DNA of 64,000 nucleotides from an uncultured bacterium (GCA_963790795.1 CAWBPO010000001.1:396073-460072), one strand, 5' to 3'; positions 1 to 9,904 are shown, numbered from the stretch's first letter. Translations and numbers: made by a program. Notes: generated by a model from the letters alone, not told the origin.

Positions 1-1
1 T

Positions 2-454
2 TACATTCAGATTACTCCTTTGGAAGTAGTTACTGCTTTTGGAGCGATTGTTAACGGAGGCATATTGTATCAGCCCCAGGTTGTAAAAGAGATAATTGAT
101 ACTTCAACAGGCTCCAACCAAGTGATAGAAGGGTTTTCTCCGAAAATCATCCGTCAGGATTTTATTGATTCTCAGTATCTTCAAATTATTAGAGAAGGGA
201 TGAGACAGGCAGTAACCGGAAAAAACAGTCCCCAGGCCTCGTCTGTTTTATTGAATTCTCTGCCAGTGTCTGCTGCAGCCAAAACCGGAACCGCTGAATT
301 GGGAAAAGACCATTATCAGAATTGGGTTACGGTTTTTGCGCCTTACGAAAATCCTGAGATTGTTTTGACGGTGATGATTGAGGACGTCAGGGGTATTCAG
401 GCTGCTGCCTTGCCAGTGGCCAGAGCGGTTTTGGAGTGGTATTTTAATAAATAG
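2..454 (+). CDS. Penicillin-binding protein (PBP2/FtsI-type transpeptidase), C-terminal fragment; 5' end outside window
   Basis: Frame open from window edge (IQITPLEVVTAFGAIVNGG...); KTGTAE (KTG box) near C-terminus; stop at 452-454. Confidence 0.8.
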   Translation, partial: YIQITPLEVVTAFGAIVNGGILYQPQVVKEIIDTSTGSNQVIEGFSPKIIRQDFIDSQYLQIIREGMRQAVTGKNSPQASSVLLNSLPVSAAAKTGTAELGKDHYQNWVTVFAPYENPEIVLTVMIEDVRGIQAAALPVARAVLEWYFNK

Positions 455-509
455 AAAAAATCTGTATAATTAATGTGTAATTAATAAGAAAGCTCACAGT
501 ATTATCACT

Positions 510-1973
510 ATGGCTACTATTGATGAAATAAGGAAAACTCGGCTTAAAAAACTTGAAGCTGTTAAAAAAGCTCTTTTTAATCCGTATCCTGAAAAAACAA
601 AAAGAACCCACACTGTTTCTCAGGCTTTGGCAGATTTCAATAAGATTTCCCGCTCCAAAAAAGAGATTATTTTGGCAGGTCGGATTAAATCTTTGAGAGG
701 TCACGGCGGTTCTGTTTTTTTGGACATTGAAGACGGAACAGGGAAAATACAGGCTTTCTTGAAAAAAGATAGAGTGGGCGAAAAAAAATACAAGTTTTTC
801 TCAGACAGCTTTGATATTGGCGACTTTGTTGAATTAAGAGGAGTTTTGTTTAAAACCAAAAGAGGGGAGAAAACAACAGAGATAAGCGATTTTAAGATGC
901 TGGCTAAATCTTTGCTGCCTTTGCCTGAAAAATGGCACGGCCTGCAAGATATGGAAGAAAGATTCAGGAAAAGGTATCTGGATTTGGTGTTTAATTCTGA
1001 GGTGAAAAAGAAATTTGAACTGCGCTCAATGATCATTCAGGAAATCAGGCAGTTTTTGGAAAAACAAGGGTTTTTGGAGGTAGAAACGCCCATTTTGCAA
1101 ACAATTTACGGCGGGGCCGCTGCCAAGCCCTTTAAAACATATTTGAATGCTTTGGATTTACCTTTGTTTTTGCGGATTGCGCCAGAGCTTTATTTGAAAC
1201 GGCTTTTGGTCGCTGGATTTGAAAAGGTTTTTGAGATAGGAAGAGTTTTTCGCAATGAAGGAATGGACAGGTTCCATAATCCTGACTACACTATTTTTGA
1301 GTTCTATTGGGCTTATGCCGACTACAAAATGGCCATGAAATTGACCGAAGACATGCTTGGAACTTTGGTCAAGAAAATATTCGGCAAATTACAGATTAAG
1401 TACGAAGGTAAAGAGATTGATTTTAAAACTCCCTGGCCGAGAATAGAGTTTAATAGTTTGTTTAAGAAATACACAAAAATAAATTTAGATGAGATAAACG
1501 AAAAAGCGCTTAAGGAAAAAGCGAAAAAGATGGGCATTGAGATTGAGAAAGGGGAAGGAAAGCCTGAAATGGCAGACAAGATTTTCAAGAAATACTGCCA
1601 GCCGAAAATTTGGAACCCCACTTTTATCATCCACTATCCTTCATCTTTGAAGCCTTTGGCCAAAACTTTGGAAGATAATCCTAAAAAATCAGCCAATTTC
1701 CATTTAATTGCCGCTGGCTGGGAATTGATCAACGCATATTCAGAGCTTAACGATCCTTTAGAGCAGCGCCAGCGCTTTAAAGAACAGGAAAAGTTTTTTA
1801 AAGAGGGATTGGAAGAAGCCCAGAGAATGGATGAAGATTTTATAGAGGCTTTAGAATACGGCATGCCGCCAGCTGCTGGTTTTGGCATGGGAATTGACAG
1901 ATTAGTCGCTTTATTAACCGATTCCCATTCTTTAAGAGAAGTGATATTATTTCCAACAATGAAACCGAAATAA
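510..1973 (+). CDS. lysS: Lysine--tRNA ligase (class II)
   Basis: 487 aa; class II motifs FRNEGMDRFHNPDYTIFEFY and GFGMGIDRLVALL. Confidence 0.95.
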   Translation: MATIDEIRKTRLKKLEAVKKALFNPYPEKTKRTHTVSQALADFNKISRSKKEIILAGRIKSLRGHGGSVFLDIEDGTGKIQAFLKKDRVGEKKYKFFSDSFDIGDFVELRGVLFKTKRGEKTTEISDFKMLAKSLLPLPEKWHGLQDMEERFRKRYLDLVFNSEVKKKFELRSMIIQEIRQFLEKQGFLEVETPILQTIYGGAAAKPFKTYLNALDLPLFLRIAPELYLKRLLVAGFEKVFEIGRVFRNEGMDRFHNPDYTIFEFYWAYADYKMAMKLTEDMLGTLVKKIFGKLQIKYEGKEIDFKTPWPRIEFNSLFKKYTKINLDEINEKALKEKAKKMGIEIEKGEGKPEMADKIFKKYCQPKIWNPTFIIHYPSSLKPLAKTLEDNPKKSANFHLIAAGWELINAYSELNDPLEQRQRFKEQEKFFKEGLEEAQRMDEDFIEALEYGMPPAAGFGMGIDRLVALLTDSHSLREVILFPTMKPK

Positions 1974-1976
1974 TTC

Positions 1977-1997
1977 TGTTGAGGACTAACCTCAACA
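1977..1997. repeat. Palindromic element copy a: TGTTGAGG-ACTAA-CCTCAACA (intergenic, lysS/serS)
   Basis: Perfect 8+8 bp inverted arms read directly; same arms at four other sites. Confidence 0.9.
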
Positions 1998-2007
1998 AAT
2001 CAAAAAT

Positions 2008-3267
2008 ATGCTTGATATTAAGTTCATTCGCGACAACCCGGAAAAAGTGAAAAAGGCCTGCCAGGAAAAGTGCGTCAAAGCTGATATTGACGAGCTTTTG
2101 GATATTGATAGAAGAAGACTGGAATCATTGCAAGGGATAGAAGATATGAGGGCAAAGAAAAACAAAGCGAACAAGGAAATCCAGAAAGCTGTAAACCAAA
2201 GGGAAAAGAACAAGATTATTCTGGAGATGAAAGAGCTGGACAAGAACAGCGACAGGTTAGACAAAACCTTAAGGGACTTGGAAAAGAAATTAAACAAATT
2301 GATGTGCAGGATTCCCAATATTTGCCTGGACGGAGTTCCTATTGGCGGCGAAAAAGACAGCCTGGTCTTGGAAAAAATCGGGGAAAAACCCAGGTTTGAT
2401 TTTAAGATAAAAGACTATATGGAAATTGGCGAAAGTCTGGGCTTAATTGACATCAAAAGAGCGGCTAAGATAAGCGGAACAAGATTCGGTTTTTTAAAGG
2501 GCGAGGTCGCTTTGATGGAATTCGCTCTGATAAAGTTTGCTTTTGACGTTTTAATAAAAAAAGGGTTTATTCCGGTTATCCCTCCGGTAATGATAAAATC
2601 TGAAATGGCCATGGGTATGGGATTTATCCAGCAGACAGACGATGAAGAAGCATATTATCTTCCGAAAGACGATCTTTATCTTACAGCCACTTCAGAACAG
2701 GCTTTAGGTTCTATGCATTCCGGTGAAATTTTTAAGGAAAAAGACTTGCCCAAAAGATACGCTGGTTTTTCAACTTGTTTCAGGAGGGAGGCTGGCTCCT
2801 ACGGCAAGGATACAAAAGGCATATTCAGGGTTCATCAGTTTGACAAAGTGGAAATGTTCAGCTTTGCCAGACCAGAGGATTCCGAGAAAGAGCACAAGCT
2901 TTTGCTGGAAATCCAAAAAGAGCTGATGGACGAATTAAAGCTTCCTTATCAGGTTGTTAATATTGCTTCCGGAGACTTGGGTCTACCTGCTGCTGCTAAA
3001 TACGATATTGAAACCTGGATTCCTTCCGAGAACCGTTATCGGGAAACACATTCCGCTTCAACCTGCACTGATTTTCAGGCAAGAAGATTGAATATACGTT
3101 TTAAGAGCAAATCCGGAAAATTGAATTTTGTTCACACGCTTAACGGCACTGCCTTTGCCATTGGCAGGATGATTATTGCCATTTTGGAGAATTATCAGCA
3201 GAAAGACGGAAGCGTAAAAGTTCCCGAAGCTTTACAAAAATATACGGGATTTAAGAAAATCGGATAA
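2008..3267 (+). CDS. serS: Serine--tRNA ligase
   Basis: 419 aa; N-terminal coiled-coil arm; TCFRREAGSYGKDTKGIFRVHQFDKVE; GTAFAIGRMIIAILENYQ. Confidence 0.95.
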   Translation: MLDIKFIRDNPEKVKKACQEKCVKADIDELLDIDRRRLESLQGIEDMRAKKNKANKEIQKAVNQREKNKIILEMKELDKNSDRLDKTLRDLEKKLNKLMCRIPNICLDGVPIGGEKDSLVLEKIGEKPRFDFKIKDYMEIGESLGLIDIKRAAKISGTRFGFLKGEVALMEFALIKFAFDVLIKKGFIPVIPPVMIKSEMAMGMGFIQQTDDEEAYYLPKDDLYLTATSEQALGSMHSGEIFKEKDLPKRYAGFSTCFRREAGSYGKDTKGIFRVHQFDKVEMFSFARPEDSEKEHKLLLEIQKELMDELKLPYQVVNIASGDLGLPAAAKYDIETWIPSENRYRETHSASTCTDFQARRLNIRFKSKSGKLNFVHTLNGTAFAIGRMIIAILENYQQKDGSVKVPEALQKYTGFKKIG

Positions 3268-3296
3268 AGAATTGAGAATAAACCTCAACCAATTAA

Positions 3297-3998
3297 ATGA
3301 CAGATATATTGATTATTAGGGGGTGGGGGTCTCGCAGAGAGAACTGGCAGAAATTTATTTCCATATTAGAAGAGCGGGGCTATCGAATTTTCAGTCCTGA
3401 CTTACCAGGATTCGGCAGTACTCCTTCTCCTTGCGATCCTTGGGCAATAGATGATTACGTTGACTGGGTGAAGGATTTTTGCGAAAATAACAATCTTTCG
3501 CAGTTTTTTTTGTTGGGACATTCATTCGGAGGAGGGGTAGCAATAAAATATATTTTAAAATATCCCAAAAGCGTAAAAAAATTAATTTTGGCAGATGTAG
3601 CAATAATAAGAAAAAAAACAAAGAGTAAAGAAGGGCTAAAAAAGAAGGCGAGTTTCCTGAGAAAACTTTCTTTTCTACCATTTTACAACCAATTCAGAAA
3701 ATTATCTTATAAATTAATCTTTAGGAAAAGCGATTATCCTTTTGTTCAGGGAGTGATGAAAGATACTTATCTAAAAATAATAAATGAAGATTTAAGTGGT
3801 CTTTTAGAAAAGATCAAGATTCCAACAATGATTGTGTGGGGAGAAAAAGACGAGTCAACTCCAATCCAAGATGCTTTTTTAATAAAAGAGAAGATTACTG
3901 GATCTGAATTGAAAACATTGCCAAAGATATGCCATAATCCTCATTTGGAAGCGCCGGAAAAATTAGCTGAAATAATTTTGAAGTTTTTGAATAAATAA
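3297..3998 (+). CDS. Alpha/beta-fold hydrolase
   Basis: 233 aa; GHSFGG nucleophile elbow; C-terminal His region CHNPHLE. Confidence 0.7.
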   Translation: MTDILIIRGWGSRRENWQKFISILEERGYRIFSPDLPGFGSTPSPCDPWAIDDYVDWVKDFCENNNLSQFFLLGHSFGGGVAIKYILKYPKSVKKLILADVAIIRKKTKSKEGLKKKASFLRKLSFLPFYNQFRKLSYKLIFRKSDYPFVQGVMKDTYLKIINEDLSGLLEKIKIPTMIVWGEKDESTPIQDAFLIKEKITGSELKTLPKICHNPHLEAPEKLAEIILKFLNK

Positions 3999-3999
3999 T

Positions 4000-5454
4000 A
4001 TGTTTTATTTTTTAAGTTTTTTTTGGTTTGTTAGAACGACAAAAGCGATTTTGTTCTGGTTTTATCTTTGGCAGTTGAAAGAATACCATATTGGTAGGTT
4101 TTTGGACCATTTTCACACTGAAAAAGGGAAAAATATTTTTTTTAACAAATTGAATATTTTTAAAGTATTTTTGCTTTTGCTTTTTCCGCTTTTTCCTGTT
4201 TTGGTATTTTTCATGATTCTTTTTGTATATATCTTTGAATCAATCAAGGTTTTTTTTGATTTTTTAAAGAGAAGATTAAAGAGGCCGGTTCTGACCCAAA
4301 AGACTGTTTTTTTGATACTGATGGGGTTGTTTGTTGAAAGTTTGATTATTTTGCTTTTATTTTCAAACATTGAGAATCTTCGTTCGTTTGCTCTATGGCT
4401 GTTGATTTTTGACATTTTGACTCCTATTTTCACTTCGCTTATTGTTCTTCTTTTCCAGCCTTTTGCTGTTTTGCTGAGGAACCGGATTATTAAAAAAGCG
4501 AAAGAAAAAAGGAAAAGGTTTGAAAACTTGTTGGTTGTCGGCATTACTGGAAGCTACGGTAAAACCTCAACCAAAGAGTTTTTAGCTGACATTCTGTCCC
4601 GGAAATACAAAGTTTTGAAAACAAAAGAGCACCAAAATTCAGAAGTGGGTATCGCTCAATGTATTTTAAATGAATTAGAAGAAGAACATGAGGTATTTGT
4701 TGTGGAAATGGGAGCTTACAACAGGGGCGGGATAAAGTTATTGTGCGATATTGTTAAGCCGAGAATAGGGGTTTTAACCGGAATCAACGAGCAGCACATG
4801 GCCACTTTCGGCTCGCAGGAAAACATTATTAATGGAAAATACGAGCTGATCGAGAGCTTGCCAGAGGATGGTTTAGCTTTTTTTAACGCAAGGGACAAAT
4901 ACTGCTTGGAGCTTTACGATAAAACCAGCCTTAAGAAATTCTTATATGGGAAAGAAGCAAGTTTTCCTGGCCAGGAAAATATTCTTGGAGCTGTGGCTGT
5001 TGCTAAGGAATTGGGAATGTCAGGGGAAGAAATTTCCAAAGTTACAGAAAAGATTGATAAAATTCCCGGCACTCAAATTAAAAAGGGAATTAACGGTTTG
5101 ACTGTTATTGACGCCACTTATTCTGCCAATCCCGACGGCGTTATGGCGAACTTGGAATATTTGAAGAGCTTTTCCGGCAAAAAAGTGATTGTTATGCCTT
5201 GTTTGATTGAACTGGGAAAAGCTTCAAAAGATGTTCACAGAAGAATCGGTCAGAAAATTGGCGAAGTTTGCAATTTGGCTATAATTATAACCAAAGAAAG
5301 ATTTAAAGAAATTAAGGAAGAAGCTGGCGATAAAGCCGTATTTATTGAAAACGCAAAAGATATTTTTGATAAGATTGAAAATTTTTGCAAAGAGGGAGAC
5401 GTAGTCCTTTTGGAAAGCAGGGTGCCAAAGCAATTAATTAAAAGATTAGTATGA
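4000..5454 (+). CDS. murF: UDP-MurNAc-tripeptide--D-Ala-D-Ala ligase (MurF-type Mur ligase) with a hydrophobic N-terminal extension of about 160 aa
   Basis: 484 aa; GITGSYGKTSTKEF P-loop at residue ~181; Mur ligase middle and C-terminal regions follow; residues 1-160 form several hydrophobic helices. Confidence 0.8.
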   Translation: MFYFLSFFWFVRTTKAILFWFYLWQLKEYHIGRFLDHFHTEKGKNIFFNKLNIFKVFLLLLFPLFPVLVFFMILFVYIFESIKVFFDFLKRRLKRPVLTQKTVFLILMGLFVESLIILLLFSNIENLRSFALWLLIFDILTPIFTSLIVLLFQPFAVLLRNRIIKKAKEKRKRFENLLVVGITGSYGKTSTKEFLADILSRKYKVLKTKEHQNSEVGIAQCILNELEEEHEVFVVEMGAYNRGGIKLLCDIVKPRIGVLTGINEQHMATFGSQENIINGKYELIESLPEDGLAFFNARDKYCLELYDKTSLKKFLYGKEASFPGQENILGAVAVAKELGMSGEEISKVTEKIDKIPGTQIKKGINGLTVIDATYSANPDGVMANLEYLKSFSGKKVIVMPCLIELGKASKDVHRRIGQKIGEVCNLAIIITKERFKEIKEEAGDKAVFIENAKDIFDKIENFCKEGDVVLLESRVPKQLIKRLV

Positions 5455-6752
5455 ATTCAATAAAGCCAATATCAATATCTTTATCTCCCAATACGGAAAA
5501 AGACGATATCCTATTAGCTTTTAAATTGCTTTTTCAGCCCTGGCGCTGGAAATTGGTTGAAGACGAACTTCAACAGTTGGAAGATGAGTTTAAAAAGTAT
5601 CTTGGTGTAAAATATGCTGTTTCCTTTAATAGCGGAAGGTCAGCTTTAATGGCCATTTTAAGTTCTTTAAGAACTGTTGAGGATCGACCTCAACAGGCAG
5701 AGGTGTTGCTTCAGGCTTTTACCTGTAATGCATCAGCAAATCCAGTTATCTGGTCTGGGTTAAAGCCAATTTATGTTGATTGCGATGAGAAAACTTTTAA
5801 TATTGATACAGCTGATTTGGAGAGGAAAATCACTTCAAAGAGCAAAGCAGTTATGGTCCAGCATACTTTTGGGTTGCCGGCTAATATGGATGATGTTTCA
5901 GATATTTGCCGGAAAAACAATTTAGTTCTAATTGAAGACTGCGCTCATTCTTTGGGAGCAAGCTACAAAGGAAAGAAGATAGGGACTTTTGGTAAAGCTA
6001 CTTTTTTCAGCTTTTCCCGCGATAAGGTTATTTCTTCTGTTTACGGCGGAATGGCAGTGACTAATGATGATGAATTGGCTGGAAAATTAAGACAATTCCA
6101 GAAGAAAGTCGATTATCCTTCTTGTTGCTGGACTTTTCAGCAATTATTGCATCCTGTTTTGATGAATTGGCTGATTCTGCCGACCTACAAGTTTTTTGGT
6201 AAGTATTTATTGGTATTGTTCCAGTGGTTTCAGGTTTTGTCAAAAGCTGTCCATTGGAAGGAAAAAAGAGGAAAAAGGCCTTGTTATTTTCCGAAAAGAC
6301 TACCCAATGCTTTAGCTGAACTTGCCTTAAACCAATTTAAAAAACTGGAGTCGTTTAATGAGCATCGTCGTGAAATCGCTGATTTCTACTACAATGAATT
6401 AAAGAATACTGGTTTTGAATTGCCTTTAAATCCAGTTGATGCGAAACAAACATTTTTAAGGTTTGCGATAAAACATCCAAAAGCCCATCAGATTATTAAA
6501 TCAGCCTGGCAGAAGAACCTTTTAATAGGGGATTGGTATACGACTCCTATTGCTCCGCATGATACCAGATTGGAGAAAGTGGAATATGTGTTGGGCAGCT
6601 GTCCTAAGGCTGAAAAGCTGGCTAAAGTCGTTTTTAATTTGCCGACTCATATCAATATATCAAAGAAGGAAGCCCAAAAAATAGTGGATTTTTTGAAGAA
6701 ATATGAAAATCAGAGAAGTAAGAACCTGCTTTGCAGAACCTTGATTCTTTAA
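5451..6752 (+). CDS. DegT/DnrJ/EryC1/StrS-family PLP-dependent aminotransferase
   Basis: 433 aa; FFSFSRDKVISS PLP-lysine region; ATGA overlap with murF stop; contains palindrome copy b. Confidence 0.8.
   Translation: MNSIKPISISLSPNTEKDDILLAFKLLFQPWRWKLVEDELQQLEDEFKKYLGVKYAVSFNSGRSALMAILSSLRTVEDRPQQAEVLLQAFTCNASANPVIWSGLKPIYVDCDEKTFNIDTADLERKITSKSKAVMVQHTFGLPANMDDVSDICRKNNLVLIEDCAHSLGASYKGKKIGTFGKATFFSFSRDKVISSVYGGMAVTNDDELAGKLRQFQKKVDYPSCCWTFQQLLHPVLMNWLILPTYKFFGKYLLVLFQWFQVLSKAVHWKEKRGKRPCYFPKRLPNALAELALNQFKKLESFNEHRREIADFYYNELKNTGFELPLNPVDAKQTFLRFAIKHPKAHQIIKSAWQKNLLIGDWYTTPIAPHDTRLEKVEYVLGSCPKAEKLAKVVFNLPTHINISKKEAQKIVDFLKKYENQRSKNLLCRTLIL
5675..5695. repeat. Palindromic element copy b: TGTTGAGG-ATCGA-CCTCAACA, in frame inside DegT gene (encodes VEDRPQQ)
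   Basis: Read directly; 23 nt identical to copy c. Confidence 0.9.
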
Positions 6753-6773
6753 TATATATAAAATTTTAAAATA

Positions 6774-7853
6774 ATGAAGATTAAAGAATTAAAAAATAAA
6801 AATATTTGGGAAGATTTTCTTTTGCAGTGCGAGGATAAAACATTTTTGCAATCCTGGAATTGGGGAGATTTTAATGAGGTAATGGGAAACAAAATTTGGC
6901 GGCTTGGAGTATATGATGAGCACGGAGGTCTGTCCTCTGTTGCTTTGACGATTAAGATTGCTGCTAAAAGAGGAACTTTTTTGTTGATTCAGCACGGACC
7001 AACAATAATTCAAAGTTCAAAAGTCAAAAATCAAAATTGCCCACTGTTCCCACACAGCAATTCAAAACTTAAAATTGACGTTTTTAGCGCTTTATTAAAA
7101 AAACTGAAAGAAATAGGAAAGAAAGAAGGGGCAAGTTTTATCAGGGTTAATCCTATGTTTGAACGGAACTCGGAGAACCAGAATATACTGGAAGCGTTAG
7201 GTTTCAAAAAAGCTCAAATGCATGCTAATGCCTATGAGGCTACTTGGAAGCTTAACATTGATTTACCGGAAGAGGAGCTTTTGGCTAATATGCGGAAAAC
7301 CACCCGTTATCTTATCCGCCAGGCTCAAAAGAATTCTGACATTGAAATTTCAAAAAGCAATGAGATAGAAGACGTAGCTCTTTTCGACAAACTCAACAAG
7401 GAAGTTGCCAAGCATCAAAGGTTTGTCCCTTTTTCCTTTAATTTTGTTAAGAATGAGTTTAATATTTTATCAAAGGACAATCAGGTTTTATTATTTTTCG
7501 GCAAGTACAAAGGGGAGATTGTTGCTTCAGCTCTGGTTGTTTTTTGGTCTGGCATTGCTTTTTACCACCAGGCAGCTTTGTCTCCGAAATACCACAAAGT
7601 GCCTGTTGCTTATCTTTTGCAGTGGGAAGCGATAAAAGAAGCGAAAGAAAGGGGATGCAAGCTGTATGATTTCTGGGGGTTTGTTGACCCTCAAAAAAAT
7701 CCCAGTCATCCCTGGGCAGGCCCCACTTTGTTTAAAATGGGTTTTTCCGGAAAACTTTACGAATATGTTAAGACGCAGGATTTGCCTTTGTCTTGGAAAT
7801 ACTGGCTGACTTTCATTTTTGAGAAATTGAGGAAAATTAAAAGAAGCCTTTAA
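6774..7853 (+). CDS. FemAB-family peptidoglycan interpeptide-bridge aminoacyltransferase
   Basis: 359 aa; FYHQAALSPKY...PVAYLLQWEAIKEAKERGCKLYDFWG typical of FemA/FemB/FemX family. Confidence 0.8.
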   Translation: MKIKELKNKNIWEDFLLQCEDKTFLQSWNWGDFNEVMGNKIWRLGVYDEHGGLSSVALTIKIAAKRGTFLLIQHGPTIIQSSKVKNQNCPLFPHSNSKLKIDVFSALLKKLKEIGKKEGASFIRVNPMFERNSENQNILEALGFKKAQMHANAYEATWKLNIDLPEEELLANMRKTTRYLIRQAQKNSDIEISKSNEIEDVALFDKLNKEVAKHQRFVPFSFNFVKNEFNILSKDNQVLLFFGKYKGEIVASALVVFWSGIAFYHQAALSPKYHKVPVAYLLQWEAIKEAKERGCKLYDFWGFVDPQKNPSHPWAGPTLFKMGFSGKLYEYVKTQDLPLSWKYWLTFIFEKLRKIKRSL

Positions 7854-8651
7854 ATGAAGCATTACAGGAAATCGCACAGATATAAGAGGAAAAAACCGAT
7901 TTACCGCAATCGTTTTTTTTGGTTTTTTCTATTATTTTTGATTGTTGCTGCCGGCATTTGCTATTTCGTTTTTTTCACGCCATTTTTCAAAATTAAAGAA
8001 ATTAAAATCAGCGGCAATGAGAAGATATCGAATCAGGAGATTGAAAACATAGCTCGAGAAGAACTTGATTCAAAAGGAAATCTCTTTTTTAAAATTAATG
8101 CCAATGAGATAAGGAAGATGATTTTGTTGAGATATCCTGAAATTGGTTTGGTTGAGGTAAAAATGGGGCTGCCTGACAATTTGGCGATTGAAATAAAAGA
8201 AAGGCAGGCTGTTGGTGTTTGGTGCCGGGATGAAAACGATTGCCAGAAAATAGACGGAGAGGGCGTAGTGTTTGAAAAGATTGAAGAAATTATTGGTGGA
8301 GCTTTAATTATTAAAGATTTTGACTCTCAGGGAGAAATACAGATGGGCGGGAAAGTGATTGAAAAAGATGATTTAGTTTCTATATTAAAGATAAATTCGC
8401 AACTGGAGCATAATTTGAATATTCCAATCAGAGAGTTCATCGTTTCTTCTTCGGACAAATTAACGGTTGCTGCAGAAGAGGGCTGGGAGCTATATTTTAA
8501 TTTACAGAACGACGTAGAATGGCAGCTGATGAAGCTTAAAGTGCTTTTGGAAGAGAAAATTCCTTCAGAACAGAGGCAGGATTTGGAATATATTGAATTG
8601 CGGTTCGGCAATTTTGCCAATTCCAAGTTCAAGACCGTTAGCACTCCTTGA
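7854..8651 (+). CDS. ftsQ: Cell division protein FtsQ-like (POTRA domain)
   Basis: 265 aa; basic N-terminus, single TM helix, POTRA-like FKIKEIKISGNEKISNQEI; position after mur/fem genes. Confidence 0.65.
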   Translation: MKHYRKSHRYKRKKPIYRNRFFWFFLLFLIVAAGICYFVFFTPFFKIKEIKISGNEKISNQEIENIAREELDSKGNLFFKINANEIRKMILLRYPEIGLVEVKMGLPDNLAIEIKERQAVGVWCRDENDCQKIDGEGVVFEKIEEIIGGALIIKDFDSQGEIQMGGKVIEKDDLVSILKINSQLEHNLNIPIREFIVSSSDKLTVAAEEGWELYFNLQNDVEWQLMKLKVLLEEKIPSEQRQDLEYIELRFGNFANSKFKTVSTP

Positions 8652-8664
8652 CAGTGACTGCTAA
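8638..8664 (+). promoter_or_regulatory. CIRCE operator (HrcA binding site)
   Basis: TTAGCACTC-N9-GACTGCTAA versus consensus TTAGCACTC-N9-GAGTGCTAA (one mismatch); directly upstream of hrcA. Confidence 0.85.
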
Positions 8665-8676
8665 CTCGGTTATCAT
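8648..8676 (+). promoter_or_regulatory. Sigma-70-type promoter of the hrcA operon, embedded in CIRCE
   Basis: TTGACA (8648-8653), 17-nt spacer, TATCAT (8671-8676). Confidence 0.6.
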
Positions 8677-8678
8677 GG

Positions 8679-9389
8679 ATGTATATGGAATTAACCGAAA
8701 GGCAGACAAGGATATTGAATAATATCATCAAAAACTACATCAGATCGGTTGAGCCGGTCAGTTCTGAGTTTCTGGAAAAGAAGTATGATTTTGGCGTTTG
8801 CTCTGCCACCATCAGGAACGAAATGCAGAAATTAACTGACGCGGGCTTTCTTTTCCAGCCTCATACTTCAGCCGGAAGAGTACCGACGGACAAGGGCTAC
8901 CGCTTTTTCGTTGACAGCTTACTACAGGAGTATGTTTTGGAAGATAATGTTTCTGAATCTGACTGGTTTGATAGGGAAATGAATGATACAATAAAGTTTC
9001 TCCAGTCTATAACTAAGAATTTGGCTTTAGTTTCTTCAAACTTATCTCTGGGGTATTTATTGGACAAGAAAATATTGTGGAAGGAGGGCTGGGAGGAAAT
9101 AATCAAGGAGCCGGAGTTCAAGGAAAGAAAGCTGGTTGATGATTTTATTGAAATGGTTAAAAGCTTTGAAGAGGGAATAGCTGATTTTGAGATAAATTCA
9201 GAGATCAGGGTTTTTATCGGCAAAGAGAATCCTTGGCCAAAAGCAAAAGAATTCAGTGCCATAGTCACTAAGTGTTATTTCCCGAAAAAGGAACAGGGAC
9301 TTTTGGCCATATTCGGCCCGAAAAGAATGGACTACGACAAAAGCATCTGTTCTCTGAATTCTTTGGTTCATTTGTTGGAAAAAGTTTAA
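8679..9389 (+). CDS. hrcA: Heat-inducible transcription repressor HrcA (short form); true start may be ATG at 8685
   Basis: 236 aa; N-terminal winged-helix pattern LTERQTRILNNIIKNYIRSVEPVSSEFL; precedes grpE-dnaK-dnaJ; CIRCE upstream. Confidence 0.8.
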   Translation: MYMELTERQTRILNNIIKNYIRSVEPVSSEFLEKKYDFGVCSATIRNEMQKLTDAGFLFQPHTSAGRVPTDKGYRFFVDSLLQEYVLEDNVSESDWFDREMNDTIKFLQSITKNLALVSSNLSLGYLLDKKILWKEGWEEIIKEPEFKERKLVDDFIEMVKSFEEGIADFEINSEIRVFIGKENPWPKAKEFSAIVTKCYFPKKEQGLLAIFGPKRMDYDKSICSLNSLVHLLEKV

Positions 9390-9392
9390 TAT

Positions 9393-9875
9393 ATGCCTGA
9401 AAAAGAGGAAAAATTAGATATGGAAGCTTTGAAAAAAAAGCTGGAAGAGTGCTTAAAGCAGAAAGACGAGTATTTGGCTGGCTGGCAGAGAGCGAGGGCT
9501 GATTTTTTGAATTACAAAAAGGAAGAAATGGAGAGAATTTCAGCTTTGCTCGCTTATTCCGGAGAAGAATTGATTTTAAAAATTCTGCCTATTTTGGACA
9601 ATTTTGAATTAGTTGAGAAGAAAATGCCAGAAGATTTGAAGAAAGATGAAAGCGTAAAAGGAATTTTGCAGATTAAAAATCAGATTCTTGATTTTTTGAA
9701 GAATCAGGGAGTTGAAGAGATAAAGACTGTCGGTGAGAAGTTTGATCCCAATTTGCACGAGGCAGTTGAAACGCAGGATGGCCAAGAATCCGGGATTATA
9801 TTAGAAGAAGTACAAAAAGGATATATGATAAATGGTCGTTTATTGAGGGCGGCTAAAGTTAAAGTCGCAAAATAA
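9393..9875 (+). CDS. grpE: Nucleotide exchange factor GrpE
   Basis: 160 aa; WQRARADFLNYKKE and FDPNLHEAV motifs; operon context. Confidence 0.9.
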   Translation: MPEKEEKLDMEALKKKLEECLKQKDEYLAGWQRARADFLNYKKEEMERISALLAYSGEELILKILPILDNFELVEKKMPEDLKKDESVKGILQIKNQILDFLKNQGVEEIKTVGEKFDPNLHEAVETQDGQESGIILEEVQKGYMINGRLLRAAKVKVAK

Positions 9876-9904
9876 AATATTAATTTATTAAATCAACAAA
9901 AAAT

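Noticed and set aside
3277-4575. Single arms AACCTCAACCAA at about 3281 and about 4564 (also GTTGAGGT at about 8151, CCTCAACAA at about 48833) as degraded palindrome copies
   Set aside because: Only one 7-8-nt arm is present with no partner. That is compatible with chance in coding sequence.
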